Notes: generated by a model from the letters alone, not told the origin. DNA of 64,000 bases from an uncultured bacterium (GCA_965552055.1 CBEVQO010000008.1:1-64000); one strand, 5' to 3'; counted from the first letter of the stretch, positions 10,867-22,565 are shown. Translations and numbers: made by a program.

Positions 10867-11501
10867 TCCTTCTTTAAACTTTTGATGTATTTTATAACTT
10901 CGGGGGGATTTTCGTGTTTAAAAATCCCAGACCCACTCACAATAATATCTGCACCAAGTTTCACAACCTTTTCCGCATTTTCCTTTTTTATGCCTCCGTC
11001 TACCTCTACGATTACCCCATATTTTTTCAATTCCGGAATTTTTGAGAGTGCATCTTCTATCATCTTTTGTCCGCCAAATCCTGGATTTACCGTCATAACG
11101 AGTACAAAATCTACCTCTTTTAAGTATGGCAGTATTGTTGAAAGAGGAGTAGGCGGGTTCAAAGTTAATCCTGCTTTTACACCCTTTTCTCTTATTTTGC
11201 GAAGTAATTCTGTGGGTTCAGGTACTGCTTCTATATGAAAAGAAATGTAATCTGCACCTGCTTCTATAAATCTTTCGTAATATTTCTCGGGATTCTCTAT
11301 CATCAAATGTACATCAAGAGGCAAATCCGTAATTTTATTAACTGCTTCGCAAATTAAAGGTCCAAAAGTTATGTTAGGTACAAAATGTCCATCCATAACA
11401 TCAATATGAATAAGGTCGGCACCCGCTTCTTCTACCATCTTAATTTCTTCTCTGAGTTTACTAAAATCGCACGACAATATAGAAGGTGCAACCAATGGCA
11501 T
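10863..11501 (-). CDS. rpe: Ribulose-phosphate 3-epimerase
   Basis: APSILS, HIDVMDGHFVPN, MTVNPGFGGQ, VDGGI. Confidence 0.97.
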   Translation of the reverse strand: MPLVAPSILSCDFSKLREEIKMVEEAGADLIHIDVMDGHFVPNITFGPLICEAVNKITDLPLDVHLMIENPEKYYERFIEAGADYISFHIEAVPEPTELLRKIREKGVKAGLTLNPPTPLSTILPYLKEVDFVLVMTVNPGFGGQKMIEDALSKIPELKKYGVIVEVDGGIKKENAEKVVKLGADIIVSGSGIFKHENPPEVIKYIKSLKKD

Positions 11502-12013
11502 CACTCGAAATCCCAAGAATTTAAAATATCCATAATGTCTGTTAATTCCCCATAACTGGCATAAATCAAACTATAAATATATTCTTCACCCTCAACGGCA
11601 ATAATTATTTCGCGAGCCGAGGTCAAAGGATGATAAAATTTAACCCAGCACCAGCTTCTTCCCTTTGAATCTTTTACAATGCCTCTATCTTCTTCTCTTT
11701 CTCCTCGTTCCTCCGCTATCCCCTGATACATACCCAGCACCCAGTCAACAGTAAGTTTTTGCTTTTCATGAATATGTATAGGATAAATTAACAAAGTTAT
11801 GGCTTCTTTTATTTTTCCACTTTCATCAGGATTCAAAAAAGATGTCGCAAATATTTTTGCAGGAACAATCGTTTTTCCCATCGAGAAAAGGTCATAAATC
11901 GCCAGACTTTCAACCAGAACGGTATCCGCAAATTTTGTAAATCTAGCAGGAATTTCTATCTTATACTTTAAAACAGGATGGACAAAAATATTAATTATAA
12001 AAATTAGCGTCAT
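11501..12013 (-). CDS. Hypothetical protein, possibly a distant paralog of 43113..43631
   Basis: Start coupled (ATGA) to the upstream stop; hydrophobic N-terminus. Confidence 0.6.
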   Translation of the reverse strand: MTLIFIINIFVHPVLKYKIEIPARFTKFADTVLVESLAIYDLFSMGKTIVPAKIFATSFLNPDESGKIKEAITLLIYPIHIHEKQKLTVDWVLGMYQGIAEERGEREEDRGIVKDSKGRSWCWVKFYHPLTSAREIIIAVEGEEYIYSLIYASYGELTDIMDILNSWDFE

Positions 12014-15000
12014 CTCAATTTTATTATCTTTTTTACTTTCACAAATTTTTCTGTTCGCATTTTGCAGAAATAAACACCTGAAGGTAATTCTTTTTGCCAT
12101 TTTATACTATAATATCCGGGTTCGTGATATTTATTAATCAGCACATTCACACATCTTCCTACAACATCGTAAATTTCTATTTTGACTCTGCATCTCGTTG
12201 GCACTTGATATTTTATCAACATGAAATTAGAGAAAGGATTCGGTTTGCATGTAAAATCAAATATTTTTGGCATCTTTTCTTCGATAAGAATAGGTTTTCC
12301 TTTCCCTTTCAACCTCACGCTTAAAGTTTCTTCGTCCGGATCATTACTAACTATAATCATTTCACTTATAAATTCACCTGTATCTGGCGGTGAAAATCTT
12401 ATTGTAAATTTTGCAGTATCATGTGGCATCACAGTATCGCAGATATTAAGTAACTTAAACGCCGATGTGTCTGCAATATTTACATCATAAATCACAAGAA
12501 ATGTATTACCTTTATTTAAAATTTTCAGTGTCCAATCTTTATAACTTCCTACGGTAACATTTCCATAATCATACGCTGTATCTTTGACAAAAATATCTGG
12601 AATTATACCATATCCTTTAATTTTAACCTCTTTCACAGGTTCTGCTGGGTCGTTGGAAATCAATTGTAAAATCGCTTCTTTTTTCCCTGTGTCTACAGGT
12701 GTAAAGTATAAAAGCACAAATGAAGAATCAAAAGGCATTATTGTATCAGGTAATGTTGATTCGAAATCAAAGGAAACAGTATCACTTAATAAAATATTTT
12801 TAATGATTAAATTTTCGTTTCCCTTATTATAAATCCAGAGATAAGATAATTTGGCACTATCAACCCACACTTTACCAAAATCTAAAAGTGTATCTGTGAA
12901 AATTCTCGCACCTTTCACATATGCTCTTAAATGAACATATCTCACAGATTCATCCGGGTCTTTTGAATAAATCTTTAATGTACAAGTGAAAGCGCCTGTA
13001 TCCTTTGGCACAAATTGAATGTGTATAAACATGATATCACCAACACCGATAGCTTGTGGAAAAACAGAAGGAGATATAACTGTATAATCTTTCGAAGTGA
13101 ATTTAACGCTATCTATTACAAGATAAGCATTACCTTTATTGCCAATATAGAAATACCATTTCGCCGTATCAAGCAGTGAAACCTGTCCAAAATCATGGAA
13201 AGTATCGGACAATTCAATATCCCCTGCAATGCCTCTACCATAAAGATTAATTTTGCGTTCAGGGTTATACGGGTCGTTTGAATAAATCTTTAAAGTGTCA
13301 AAAACTTTTCCTGTATCTTTTGGCGCAAAAGCAACAATAAGATTCTCACTATCTGATGGTAAAATCAAAGAAGGGAAATCAACAACAAAGAAAATAGAAG
13401 TTCGCAAAATTGCACTATCAATTACAAGAGTATCATTCCCATCATTATAAAGCCACATCTTCCATGTAGCAGTATCCCCTATCCACACATCGCCATAATT
13501 ATGTGAGCTGTCTGATAAAGTAATGTGTGAGCCAATTCCTCTTCCTTTTGCATAAGCGTACACCACAGGTTCATCAGGGTCATTCGAGTAAATGCTTAAA
13601 ATGCAATGAACTACTCCCGTTTCAGAAGGCGTAAATCCAACAAGGACATTAATGCTGTTATTAGGTGAAATCGTTTGCGGAAAAGATGGAGATAGGATGA
13701 GAAATGCATTATGACTTGAAATAATGCTATCAACGATAAGATCTGTATTACCTTCATTTTTAATCCAAAGCCACTGCCAGTAAGCAGTATCAGTAATTTG
13801 TACATCACCAAAATCATAAGATGCAGAAAGCAAAGCAATATCTGGTATTATCCCCCTACCTGTCAATTTAACGCTTAAAACAGGTTCATCGGGGTCATTC
13901 GAGAAAATCTTCAGAAAATCACTCACAGTTCCCGTATCATTTGGTATAAACAAAATATCTACGCTATCACTATCATGCGGTGTAATTTTTGAAGGAAAAA
14001 TAGTCAAATTAAATATAGGCTCTTTTAATACCAAACTATCAATTATTAAAGTATCATTTCCTTTGTTGTAAATCCACAAATATTTCCAGCAAGCAGTATC
14101 ATTCACCCAAACATTCCCAAAATTATAAGCAGTATCACTTAACTCAATATCGGGTATTATGCCCCTTCCTTGCAGATAAACTGTGCAAACAGGCTCGTCA
14201 GGGTCATTTGAAAATACTTTTAAAAATCCTGTAAATATACCTGTATCCTGGGGTACGAAACTTATGCAAATGCTATCACTGTCTCCGGGAAGAATATAAG
14301 TTAAAGACCCGCTTATAGCAAAAGTAGGATAATTTGTAGAAATTACACTATCAATAAGTAAAGTATCATTTCCTTTGTTGTATATCCACAAAATTTCCCA
14401 TGCAGTATCATTCACCCAGACATTTTCAAAATTATAAAAGGTATCACTTAATTCAATATCAGGTATTACGCCCCTTCCTGACAGGTAAATATAAAACACA
14501 GATTCATCCGGGTCATCGGAGTATATTTTCAAAGTGTCAAAAAGCCATCCGGTATCGGCTGGAATAAACTTGACAATTAAGGAAATACTATCTCCTGATT
14601 TCACAAGTTGCGGAGTAACGATATCTATCACAAATTCACTTTTATTATTTCTGGTAGAATCTATTCTTAAGTTTGCTATCCCAATGCCTGTATTTTTAAT
14701 GTAAAATGTATGTTCTACTGTATCTCCTATCCAGATATTTCCAAAGTTGCATGCTGTATCCGTTGAAATATCAGGAATTCCTTTGTAAATTATTCTAAAG
14801 GTGTCAAAAGTATCAACATTTGCTATTATTTTTACGATATCCCATGCGGTATCGACCCTTATTCTTTGAAAGATGTCATCGATTCTTATAGTATCTGACC
14901 CCTTGGTTTCACAGAGATATGCTTTTCCTTCGTATATTCCTGAATTTGTATCCGTTTCAATTAATCCGACGGCGATTCCTGTGGGATAAATCTTCCGTGA

Positions 15001-16380
15001 TTTAAGGATAACAATCGCAGCTTCGCGAATATCTGTATTTCTATCTTTTCCGTAAACCCTGATATAAAGTGTATCTGGTGAATAAAGGATATTAACCGTG
15101 TTAGCGTAATTTTTGTCGTAGTTTCTTACTGAATCTACCGAAATTGGCTCACCTGGTACACCTGGTATAAAATCGTTTTTCCATGGAGTATGTATATTTG
15201 GACCTGCAATTTTTGCAGATATCTCAGCATCAGTAGTATCCCACCAGAAATTGTTTTGTAAGTTAAATATAGCGTTACTTTTATTATTAATTTCATTATC
15301 GCCTTGCAAAGTATTATAATATAAATTTGAATAATTTAACACAATAGAATCAACAACAGTATCAACGTATACTCCTCCCGAAGAATCATTAAGTAAATTT
15401 CCATTATCAATAATAAGACAACTATCCATAATTAAAAATGCTGGAGACCCACCGCTAAAGGAAATACCACCACCAACTGTATCGCTTATGTTTAAGGATA
15501 TAACACATCTCCTTATTTTAACCTGCGAGGAACCGCCAACAAATATTCCAGCACCTGCTTCTTGTACAATATTATGTGCAATTGCGCATTTTTCTATGAC
15601 TGGAGCAGCATTAAAAGCAGTTGCGCCTCTACCTATCCGAATTCCTCCCCCTCTTCGACTTTTATTGTTAAGAATCAAATTGCCTACTATGTAAGGAGAA
15701 GAACCATCCACTACTATCCCTCCTCCACCCCATGAAATACCTTTTGCAATATTATCATAAATTTCATTTTCCTTTAAAATAAGATTACTATTATTATAAA
15801 TATAAATACCTCCTCCTCCAGAATTTGCTATATTATAACGAATAACATTTTTCGTAATAACACAAGAGGAAGAAAGTGCAAATATGCCGGCGCCATGCCC
15901 TTCCGAAAAGTTATTTTCTATGACATTATCTTCAATTACCACTGTGGATGCATATAAAAAAATTCCCGCTCCCCAAGTGCCCCATTTGCCCCACACGAGA
16001 GGACCTTTTGCATGTCCATCTCTAATAGTAAAACCTTTAATCAAAGCTACATCTGTAACATTGCTACAGAAAATTACATGCCATGAAGTGTCCTTGCCAT
16101 CATTTGACACAGCAGTTAATGTACAATTAGCAGCCCCTCCTTCGCTTATTAAATGAACTGAATCTCTCATTCTTAAACCCATCGTATCCGGGAAAAACAA
16201 ATGATATGTCCCATTCTTTACTAAAACAGTGTCAATTCTTCCAAATGCTACTGCTGAATCATGTGCTATATTGATATATTTTTGAAGTGAATCACCTTCG
16301 GCACCGCTGGTGTCAACCACCCATACTTTGCCATAGATTGTACCCCACGCAAAAACCAATACAAATAAACATTTTCTCAT
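12010..16380 (-). CDS. Large secreted protein: beta-helix (pectin-lyase-like) domain, 8 Ig-like ASH/choice-of-anchor D repeats, T9SS-like CTD
   Basis: Signal peptide; GGGI/N-rich beta-helix; 8 S(N/D/K)DP repeats; C-terminal PNPF...YDVVGR...LPSGVYF...KIIKLR. Confidence 0.88.
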   Translation of the reverse strand: MRKCLFVLVFAWGTIYGKVWVVDTSGAEGDSLQKYINIAHDSAVAFGRIDTVLVKNGTYHLFFPDTMGLRMRDSVHLISEGGAANCTLTAVSNDGKDTSWHVIFCSNVTDVALIKGFTIRDGHAKGPLVWGKWGTWGAGIFLYASTVVIEDNVIENNFSEGHGAGIFALSSSCVITKNVIRYNIANSGGGGIYIYNNSNLILKENEIYDNIAKGISWGGGGIVVDGSSPYIVGNLILNNKSRRGGGIRIGRGATAFNAAPVIEKCAIAHNIVQEAGAGIFVGGSSQVKIRRCVISLNISDTVGGGISFSGGSPAFLIMDSCLIIDNGNLLNDSSGGVYVDTVVDSIVLNYSNLYYNTLQGDNEINNKSNAIFNLQNNFWWDTTDAEISAKIAGPNIHTPWKNDFIPGVPGEPISVDSVRNYDKNYANTVNILYSPDTLYIRVYGKDRNTDIREAAIVILKSRKIYPTGIAVGLIETDTNSGIYEGKAYLCETKGSDTIRIDDIFQRIRVDTAWDIVKIIANVDTFDTFRIIYKGIPDISTDTACNFGNIWIGDTVEHTFYIKNTGIGIANLRIDSTRNNKSEFVIDIVTPQLVKSGDSISLIVKFIPADTGWLFDTLKIYSDDPDESVFYIYLSGRGVIPDIELSDTFYNFENVWVNDTAWEILWIYNKGNDTLLIDSVISTNYPTFAISGSLTYILPGDSDSICISFVPQDTGIFTGFLKVFSNDPDEPVCTVYLQGRGIIPDIELSDTAYNFGNVWVNDTACWKYLWIYNKGNDTLIIDSLVLKEPIFNLTIFPSKITPHDSDSVDILFIPNDTGTVSDFLKIFSNDPDEPVLSVKLTGRGIIPDIALLSASYDFGDVQITDTAYWQWLWIKNEGNTDLIVDSIISSHNAFLILSPSFPQTISPNNSINVLVGFTPSETGVVHCILSIYSNDPDEPVVYAYAKGRGIGSHITLSDSSHNYGDVWIGDTATWKMWLYNDGNDTLVIDSAILRTSIFFVVDFPSLILPSDSENLIVAFAPKDTGKVFDTLKIYSNDPYNPERKINLYGRGIAGDIELSDTFHDFGQVSLLDTAKWYFYIGNKGNAYLVIDSVKFTSKDYTVISPSVFPQAIGVGDIMFIHIQFVPKDTGAFTCTLKIYSKDPDESVRYVHLRAYVKGARIFTDTLLDFGKVWVDSAKLSYLWIYNKGNENLIIKNILLSDTVSFDFESTLPDTIMPFDSSFVLLYFTPVDTGKKEAILQLISNDPAEPVKEVKIKGYGIIPDIFVKDTAYDYGNVTVGSYKDWTLKILNKGNTFLVIYDVNIADTSAFKLLNICDTVMPHDTAKFTIRFSPPDTGEFISEMIIVSNDPDEETLSVRLKGKGKPILIEEKMPKIFDFTCKPNPFSNFMLIKYQVPTRCRVKIEIYDVVGRCVNVLINKYHEPGYYSIKWQKELPSGVYFCKMRTEKFVKVKKIIKLR

Positions 16381-16404
16381 ACACCCCTCCCTTACTTTTT
16401 ATTA

Positions 16405-16431
16405 ATTTTAATTGTGATGTAAAAGTGTCAA
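16405..16431 (-). promoter_or_regulatory. Promoter TTGACA-N15-TAAAAT
   Basis: Direct motif match; SD GGAGGGG downstream. Confidence 0.75.
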
Positions 16432-16445
16432 CAAAAATTTGGTTT

Positions 16446-17156
16446 TTATGGAAAAGTGCCCCAGAGGTCAACCTGTGATGGATAATCATGCACCCAGTAT
16501 CTGCCTGTGCCATCGGAGTGCCACCATACCCAAATCCACCTCTGAGCTCCCATCGTAACAAGTGCCTCACCACAGCCATTATAATTTAAAACCCTCCTGT
16601 ATCTGCCATTTACCCAAAATTCAACCCACAAAGTATCGCAACCTATATTTTTCCATTCTATCTGCAAGAGTGTATCATAATTCCACACATTTAAACTATC
16701 TGTATATTTCCAGTGCCAGCATAATTCTGGTGATAAAAACCAAAAATCACCAACATTGTAAGATGTATCATGTAAAATCTCACAATAAACAGATGTATCT
16801 TTGTAAATTTTCCATTTATAAGTGTAATCCGAAGATTTGTAAGAAATAACTTTCCATTGGGTATCGCAATGAGTAATTTTCCACTGCCATTCTCCCATAA
16901 AATAACTTGGCTCTGCACAATTTATGTCAATCGGAAGCATTTCCGAAAAATCCTCTATCATATTTTTGATGGCTTCAATTGAATCTCTAACTATTTTCAC
17001 ATAACCAGAAGTATCATAAGTTAAAGAAATTTTGGGTATATTTTCAAATTCCAAATCCGGCTTTTTTGACGGAAATTCGGGTTGCTTTTCCCATGGTATA
17101 AATCGAGGACGGGAACATGCGAGTATCATGCAGACGATGGCAATGTAGCGACCCAT
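16446..17156 (-). CDS. Hypothetical Trp-rich lipoprotein
   Basis: Short signal peptide with ILAC lipobox. Confidence 0.65.
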   Translation of the reverse strand: MGRYIAIVCMILACSRPRFIPWEKQPEFPSKKPDLEFENIPKISLTYDTSGYVKIVRDSIEAIKNMIEDFSEMLPIDINCAEPSYFMGEWQWKITHCDTQWKVISYKSSDYTYKWKIYKDTSVYCEILHDTSYNVGDFWFLSPELCWHWKYTDSLNVWNYDTLLQIEWKNIGCDTLWVEFWVNGRYRRVLNYNGCGEALVTMGAQRWIWVWWHSDGTGRYWVHDYPSQVDLWGTFP

Positions 17157-17638
17157 TTCCCTAACAAACAGAGTGTCGAAACTATGGCAGAGGCAATCAG
17201 CACACCTATTATTATTCCGATGATTGAGCGCTTAAAACCGAGACCTGTTAAAACAGCAACCAGACTGCCTGTCCATGCACCTGTAACAGGAAGCGGTATT
17301 CCCACAAAAACAGCCAATCCAAGTGTCTTGTAACGCTGTACAACATCAGATTGCCGTTCAGCACGCCTTATCACACGCTCTATAAAACCACGGAAAATTT
17401 TATATTTGCTGAAAAAATCTATCAATTTCTTTAAAAACAAGAGAAGCGGAATAACAGGCACTAAATTTCCAATTATTGCTACGGGGAGTACTATTTTTAA
17501 AGGTAATTTGTAGATAAGTAATCCAACAGGTATTCCTCCCCTTAACTCTGCGATTGGCAACATTGATATCAAAAAAATTGTGAAAATTTTTCCGTATCCT
17601 GCGGATACTATCTTCTGCAAAATGCTTTCGCCCATCAC
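17126..17638 (-). CDS. Small multidrug export family membrane protein (COG2426-like)
   Basis: SMLPIAELRGGIP, FVGIPLPVTGAWTG. Confidence 0.85.
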   Translation of the reverse strand: MMGESILQKIVSAGYGKIFTIFLISMLPIAELRGGIPVGLLIYKLPLKIVLPVAIIGNLVPVIPLLLFLKKLIDFFSKYKIFRGFIERVIRRAERQSDVVQRYKTLGLAVFVGIPLPVTGAWTGSLVAVLTGLGFKRSIIGIIIGVLIASAIVSTLCLLGKWVATLPSSA

Positions 17639-20103
17639 CGAAGGAGTATCACTTTCTCCCTAATCCCGTATTTCGGAATTTTTACAAAATAAACACCAGA
17701 AGGTAAATTTAATTTTGACACATCTTCTATTATTCCGTTGAATAAACATTTTCCTGTAATATCATAAATTTTAACATTCAAATCTTTTTCAGAAATTATT
17801 CTGATTTTTTTCCAGCAAATATTCTGAATTTTAATTTTCGTATTCCTTAAATTTTTTTCGGAAATTGAATAAGCATTTAGAGTTAAATTTTTTATATGGA
17901 TGGGCTCGTTTTTTGCATTTGTGACGATATAAAGTTTGCCATAATATGTGCCTGTCTCAAGACCTTCCACGCTTGCAGTAAGGGTTATCCTGATGTAACG
18001 ACCAGGTAACACCATTGACGAAAACATAGTAATAGATTTTAGCCACGACACATCAGCGTAAATAGTATCAATATACATGGTATCGTTTCCGGAATTTCTT
18101 ATATACAGATTTTTACTAACTTCGGGCTGGTCTGTTATATCAAAAATAATTTCACCGGGATATGATTCAATCAATGCATTTGCTTTTATTAATTTTATAA
18201 AAGCTTCTCTTTCTTCTTTTATAGCGTCATTCGTATGCAATGTCATTGAGAGGAGATATCTCCCTGTGTCAATTTTTGAAGTATCGATTTCAAGTAAAAT
18301 CTCAATGGAATCTCCAGGTGGTAACATAAATTTATAAGGTGATATTTGCGTTATTAAGTTTGTGTTCGGGATTATAGTATCACATTCGAGATTTAATTCT
18401 CCTACAGATTTTGCAATTATTTTACCTCGGGCTCTATTTTTCATAAATAAAGTATCAGGTGATATTGCGATTAAAGGGGCTTTGAGTCTCAATTTTAAAA
18501 TGCTGAAAACTTTACCTTCATATTTTCCGGAAAAATAAAATTTACAACGAGAATAAGTTATCCTTCTGGAAGTTAAATTTGTATCTACTCTTATAAAAAT
18601 GTTACTGGTTTCATAAGGTAGAATCTGTAAATTCTGTGGTGTTATCTCAGCGACCCATTGCGAATCAGATATTATGCTATCAATTTTTATTGTATCACAT
18701 ATAAGGTTTGTAACTTTAACTGTCCCTGATAAAGAAGTATCCGTGAATACGAGGGTATCCGGAAGCACTTTCAAAGGATTTACCCCGATGTATAAATTCG
18801 TAAGCACATAATTTTCATTGTATTCAAGTATTTCGATTTTAACTTTTGTGTTATTGTAATGATAATCTTTAGAGCTTGGATAGCTTAAAGAATCAAAAAC
18901 ATATTTTCCTGAAGTACCGGGCCATGGGTCACCTGCGTCACCTGCATTTCTATTTCTTTCAAGGTCAAAATTTCCATCTGCCTGCTCAAGAGCACATAAA
19001 TAATGAAGAGCACCTGCATCACTTTCGCCTTCAATCCATTGATAGTCATTCCCGTAATATGACATATTATCATCACAATGATAAATTAATAAACCTTCAC
19101 CAGGAACATACTGGTCGTATCCTTTCTTTTTCCTGTAAGTAACCAAAAAATACTGGGATGTCATTTCTCCTTCTTTCCACAATCTATAACATATGGATGA
19201 ATCTTCAACGGGATAAATTTTGATTCTCGCTTGATTAATTTTTATGCTAATGACATTTAAAAAGCCCATTTTATATCTGCACCATGCATCGGGATGAGCA
19301 GGACTCCTTCCACCACCTCCCCATGCTCCTGCTGCCATCAAAGACCAGTAACCAAGACCTTCGGAGTCATAATCATAATCATACATATCAGGCAAACCAA
19401 AAACACTGTGCCCCATCTCATGAGCAAATACCCCCACCTTCATATCACCAGGATACGCATAATATTCAGGTTCCATTGAATATCTGTAACAATATACCCC
19501 ATCCACTGAGATAGGCTGATGAGTATACCATGCATGTGACCAGATATCATCTTCACTTCCCGTATATTCTGCACCCGGTCCTGTATGCACTACAAATAAA
19601 GCATCAACATATCCATCGCCATCTATATCATATCTGGAAAAATCAACATAAGGGTCTGCTGCAACAATCGCATCTTCTACAAGTTTTTGCGCATTTTGAG
19701 GATAACTACCAAATCCATATTGCCCATTTGCATAATAACTATAATTCTGAGGCATCATAAGCCAGCCTATTTGACTCGGCAAATCTTCCGTTGTAACTAT
19801 GCACTTACCATAACTTACCTCTTTATAGTATTCCCAGAGATTACCGTTTCGGAAATGATTCTGAATAAACAGCAAGCTATCAAAAAATTCGGGTGGAACC
19901 TGAGCAGGCTGGTCAGGGAATTCTGCAAGCAAAACTATAGCCCTCATTGTTTCAGGAGGTGCTTTTTCTATCCCAAAATATTTTCTATCACTATCCCTGT
20001 AAAATGTTTTCGGAACTTTTATTTCTCCTCTTTTTATTTTATCCCATAGCCTTGGATGGGGAGGCATATTAAAGATAAAAAGTAATACAAAAAAGAAATG
20101 CAT
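17635..20103 (-). CDS. M6-family (immune inhibitor A-like) metalloprotease with Ig-like domains and T9SS-like CTD
   Basis: MPPHP propeptide, HEMGHSVFGLPDMYD zinc motif, C-terminal YDITGK...LPSGVYFV. Confidence 0.9.
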   Translation of the reverse strand: MHFFFVLLFIFNMPPHPRLWDKIKRGEIKVPKTFYRDSDRKYFGIEKAPPETMRAIVLLAEFPDQPAQVPPEFFDSLLFIQNHFRNGNLWEYYKEVSYGKCIVTTEDLPSQIGWLMMPQNYSYYANGQYGFGSYPQNAQKLVEDAIVAADPYVDFSRYDIDGDGYVDALFVVHTGPGAEYTGSEDDIWSHAWYTHQPISVDGVYCYRYSMEPEYYAYPGDMKVGVFAHEMGHSVFGLPDMYDYDYDSEGLGYWSLMAAGAWGGGGRSPAHPDAWCRYKMGFLNVISIKINQARIKIYPVEDSSICYRLWKEGEMTSQYFLVTYRKKKGYDQYVPGEGLLIYHCDDNMSYYGNDYQWIEGESDAGALHYLCALEQADGNFDLERNRNAGDAGDPWPGTSGKYVFDSLSYPSSKDYHYNNTKVKIEILEYNENYVLTNLYIGVNPLKVLPDTLVFTDTSLSGTVKVTNLICDTIKIDSIISDSQWVAEITPQNLQILPYETSNIFIRVDTNLTSRRITYSRCKFYFSGKYEGKVFSILKLRLKAPLIAISPDTLFMKNRARGKIIAKSVGELNLECDTIIPNTNLITQISPYKFMLPPGDSIEILLEIDTSKIDTGRYLLSMTLHTNDAIKEEREAFIKLIKANALIESYPGEIIFDITDQPEVSKNLYIRNSGNDTMYIDTIYADVSWLKSITMFSSMVLPGRYIRITLTASVEGLETGTYYGKLYIVTNAKNEPIHIKNLTLNAYSISEKNLRNTKIKIQNICWKKIRIISEKDLNVKIYDITGKCLFNGIIEDVSKLNLPSGVYFVKIPKYGIREKVILLR

Positions 20104-20104
20104 C

Positions 20105-20485
20105 TCACCTCCCGCTTTCAATCTTTTTTATAAATTTTTCAATCTCCTTTAACGCCTGATTTACATCTTCATAATCAGGACTCCTGTCATAATATCCTTC
20201 AACATGCAAAATATCACGAAATGCACGATAAGATTTCATTAAATCATCCGTTCCGTATTTTCTCAAAAAATATCTTATACCTCTATGGGTTTCGGGCAAA
20301 TCCTCCTCTTTAACACCTTTCTTCAAAAAATATGCCTTTAGTGCAAGATGAAAAGATAGCCAGCCCTTATCACAGCCATCAACCCCAAGTTCAATCCTGC
20401 CATCCCTGTGCCACTCAGCTATCTCCTTCTTTGCTACAGAAAGATACTTTTTGGCTTCCTTAATGTATTCTTCAACTTTACTCAC
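20105..20485 (-). CDS. PaREP1/HEPN-like small protein
   Basis: EAKKYL...DKGWLSFHLALKA...THRG...LHVEGYY helical HEPN-like pattern. Confidence 0.7.
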   Translation of the reverse strand: MSKVEEYIKEAKKYLSVAKKEIAEWHRDGRIELGVDGCDKGWLSFHLALKAYFLKKGVKEEDLPETHRGIRYFLRKYGTDDLMKSYRAFRDILHVEGYYDRSPDYEDVNQALKEIEKFIKKIESGR

Positions 20486-21098
20486 CCCTTATTATCTCCT
20501 TTATCCTCATCAATCTGCTTAAATTACTTCTTTCCATTTCGCTCAATCTAAAAGTTATATATTTTATGGTTTCTTCGAGTGCCGGAATTAACACATATTC
20601 AAGGGCATTTACTCTTTGTCTCGTTTTCTGAATTTCATACGAAAGTAATTCAAGTGCCTTCTCGTATTCTGCAAGTGTTATCAAATCTTCCAGTACCTTT
20701 TCCATGGATAAAAGTGCAGCATCCAGCTCCGGCGGTGTCATAGCCAGTCCATAACATATCATCTCACCTTTAACTTCTTTTACAAACCGTGGAATTTTTA
20801 CATTCAGTAAATACGCATATTCAATTTTGAAGCTCAATTCTTTCCTCGGAATTAAAAGAGCAGATTCAAGAAATTCGGGCTCTGTTGATGACCTTGCGAA
20901 TAACACCCTTTTTATTGATTCTTCCAGCTCCTTCTCAACTTTTTCCCTTAACTCTTTTACCTTTTTTATCAAAATCTGCAATTTATTCATTAACTCATCT
21001 TGCTTATCTTTTAATAATTTGTGACCACGCTTTGCAAGTGCCAATCTCTTTCTTAATCTTAATAATTCCATTCGTGTTGGATTAACTTGCAGACGCAC
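20478..21098 (-). CDS. atpD: V/A-type ATP synthase subunit D
   Basis: [29 protein letters not shown]. Confidence 0.95.
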   Translation of the reverse strand: MRLQVNPTRMELLRLRKRLALAKRGHKLLKDKQDELMNKLQILIKKVKELREKVEKELEESIKRVLFARSSTEPEFLESALLIPRKELSFKIEYAYLLNVKIPRFVKEVKGEMICYGLAMTPPELDAALLSMEKVLEDLITLAEYEKALELLSYEIQKTRQRVNALEYVLIPALEETIKYITFRLSEMERSNLSRLMRIKEIIRGE

Positions 21099-22473
21099 CT
21101 TTGAACCTCCTCCAGTATTTCTCTATAAATTCAGGTCTTATACGCTTTAATTCCCTCGATGGAAACATCGTTAGTAATTGCCAGCCAAGGTCTAATGTCT
21201 GTTCAATAGGTCTATCCTCATATTCTCCCTGATTTATATATTTTTGCTCAAATTCATCTGCAAATTTTGCATACAGCTTATCGATTTCCGTTAAAGCTGC
21301 TTCTCCCAGAATAAGGGCAAGTTCCTGTGCTTCTTTTCCTCTATAATAGTTTCCAAGTAACTGATTGAAAAGGTCAGAATGGTCTTCTCTTGTTTTACCA
21401 GGACCTATTCCTTTATCTTTTAATCTTGATAGTGATTCACGCACATCAACAGGTGGATATATTTTCTTTCGGTGTAATGACCTTGATAAAACAATTTGAC
21501 CTTCTGTGATATATCCTGTAAGGTCTGGAATTGGATGTGTTTTATCGTCTTCTGGCATCGTTAAAATTGGCATCAAAGTTATAGAACCACGCTTGCCTTT
21601 TATTCTCCCTGCCCTCTCATAAATTGTTGCAAGGTCAGTATACATATAACCAGGATATCCTCTTCTACCCGGCACTTCCTTTCTTGCAGCTGATATTTCT
21701 CTCAATGCTTCACAATAATTCGTCATATCAGTGAGTATAACGAGTACATGCATTTCTTTATCAAAAGCGAGGTATTCCGCAGCAGTAAGTGCCACTCTTG
21801 GGGTAGCAAGTCGCTCAATTGCCGGGTCATCCGCAAGATTTATGAAGAGAACAGCTCTTTCAATTGCCCCTGTTTTTGTGAAATCCTGAATGAAGAAATC
21901 TGCTTCCTCATGTGTTATTCCCATAGCTCCGAATACAACTGCAAACTTTTCTGCTTCGCCAAGAACTTTTGCTTGACGAGCGATTTGAGCAGCAAGTTTA
22001 TTATGTGGCAGACCCGAACCTGAGAAAATCGGCAACTTCTGACCTCTTACAAGTGTGTTTAAACCATCAATCGCAGAAATACCTGTTTGTATAAATTCAT
22101 TTGGATAAGCCCTGGCAGACGGATTTATCGGTGCACCATTAATATCACGAACAACCTCGGGAACAATATCAGGACCACCATCTATCGGCTCACCAAGACC
22201 ATTGAAAACCCTGCCAAGAATATCAAGCGAAAGCGGAAGTTCAAGTCCTTTTCCAAGAAATCTCACACGAGTATTTTGGATATCAATTCCTCTTGTGCCA
22301 CCGAATACCTGCACCAGTGCTTTGTCTTTATCAACTTCAAGAACCTGACCTGCTCTTATTTCGCCATCCGGCAACTTAATATGACAAATCTCACCATAAC
22401 CCACTCCTTCAACTCCTTCCACTATCATCAAAGGTCCAGCAATATCTGCAACTGTAGAATATTCCTTAATCAT
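21082..22473 (-). CDS. atpB: V/A-type ATP synthase subunit B
   Basis: [37 protein letters not shown]. Confidence 0.97.
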   Translation of the reverse strand: MIKEYSTVADIAGPLMIVEGVEGVGYGEICHIKLPDGEIRAGQVLEVDKDKALVQVFGGTRGIDIQNTRVRFLGKGLELPLSLDILGRVFNGLGEPIDGGPDIVPEVVRDINGAPINPSARAYPNEFIQTGISAIDGLNTLVRGQKLPIFSGSGLPHNKLAAQIARQAKVLGEAEKFAVVFGAMGITHEEADFFIQDFTKTGAIERAVLFINLADDPAIERLATPRVALTAAEYLAFDKEMHVLVILTDMTNYCEALREISAARKEVPGRRGYPGYMYTDLATIYERAGRIKGKRGSITLMPILTMPEDDKTHPIPDLTGYITEGQIVLSRSLHRKKIYPPVDVRESLSRLKDKGIGPGKTREDHSDLFNQLLGNYYRGKEAQELALILGEAALTEIDKLYAKFADEFEQKYINQGEYEDRPIEQTLDLGWQLLTMFPSRELKRIRPEFIEKYWRRFKGASAS

Positions 22474-22490
22474 GTCGCCTCCTTTTAATT

Positions 22491-22565
22491 ATTCTAATCA
22501 TTTTTCAATTTTGTCAATCAATTTTTAGCATATTCCCATTGACAAATCCAAAATACAGTTATAAT
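22491..22565. promoter_or_regulatory. Divergent promoter pair: minus TTGACA-N15-TAGAAT (22517..22491), plus TTGACA-N15-TATAAT (22539..22565)
   Basis: Direct motif matches. Confidence 0.75.
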
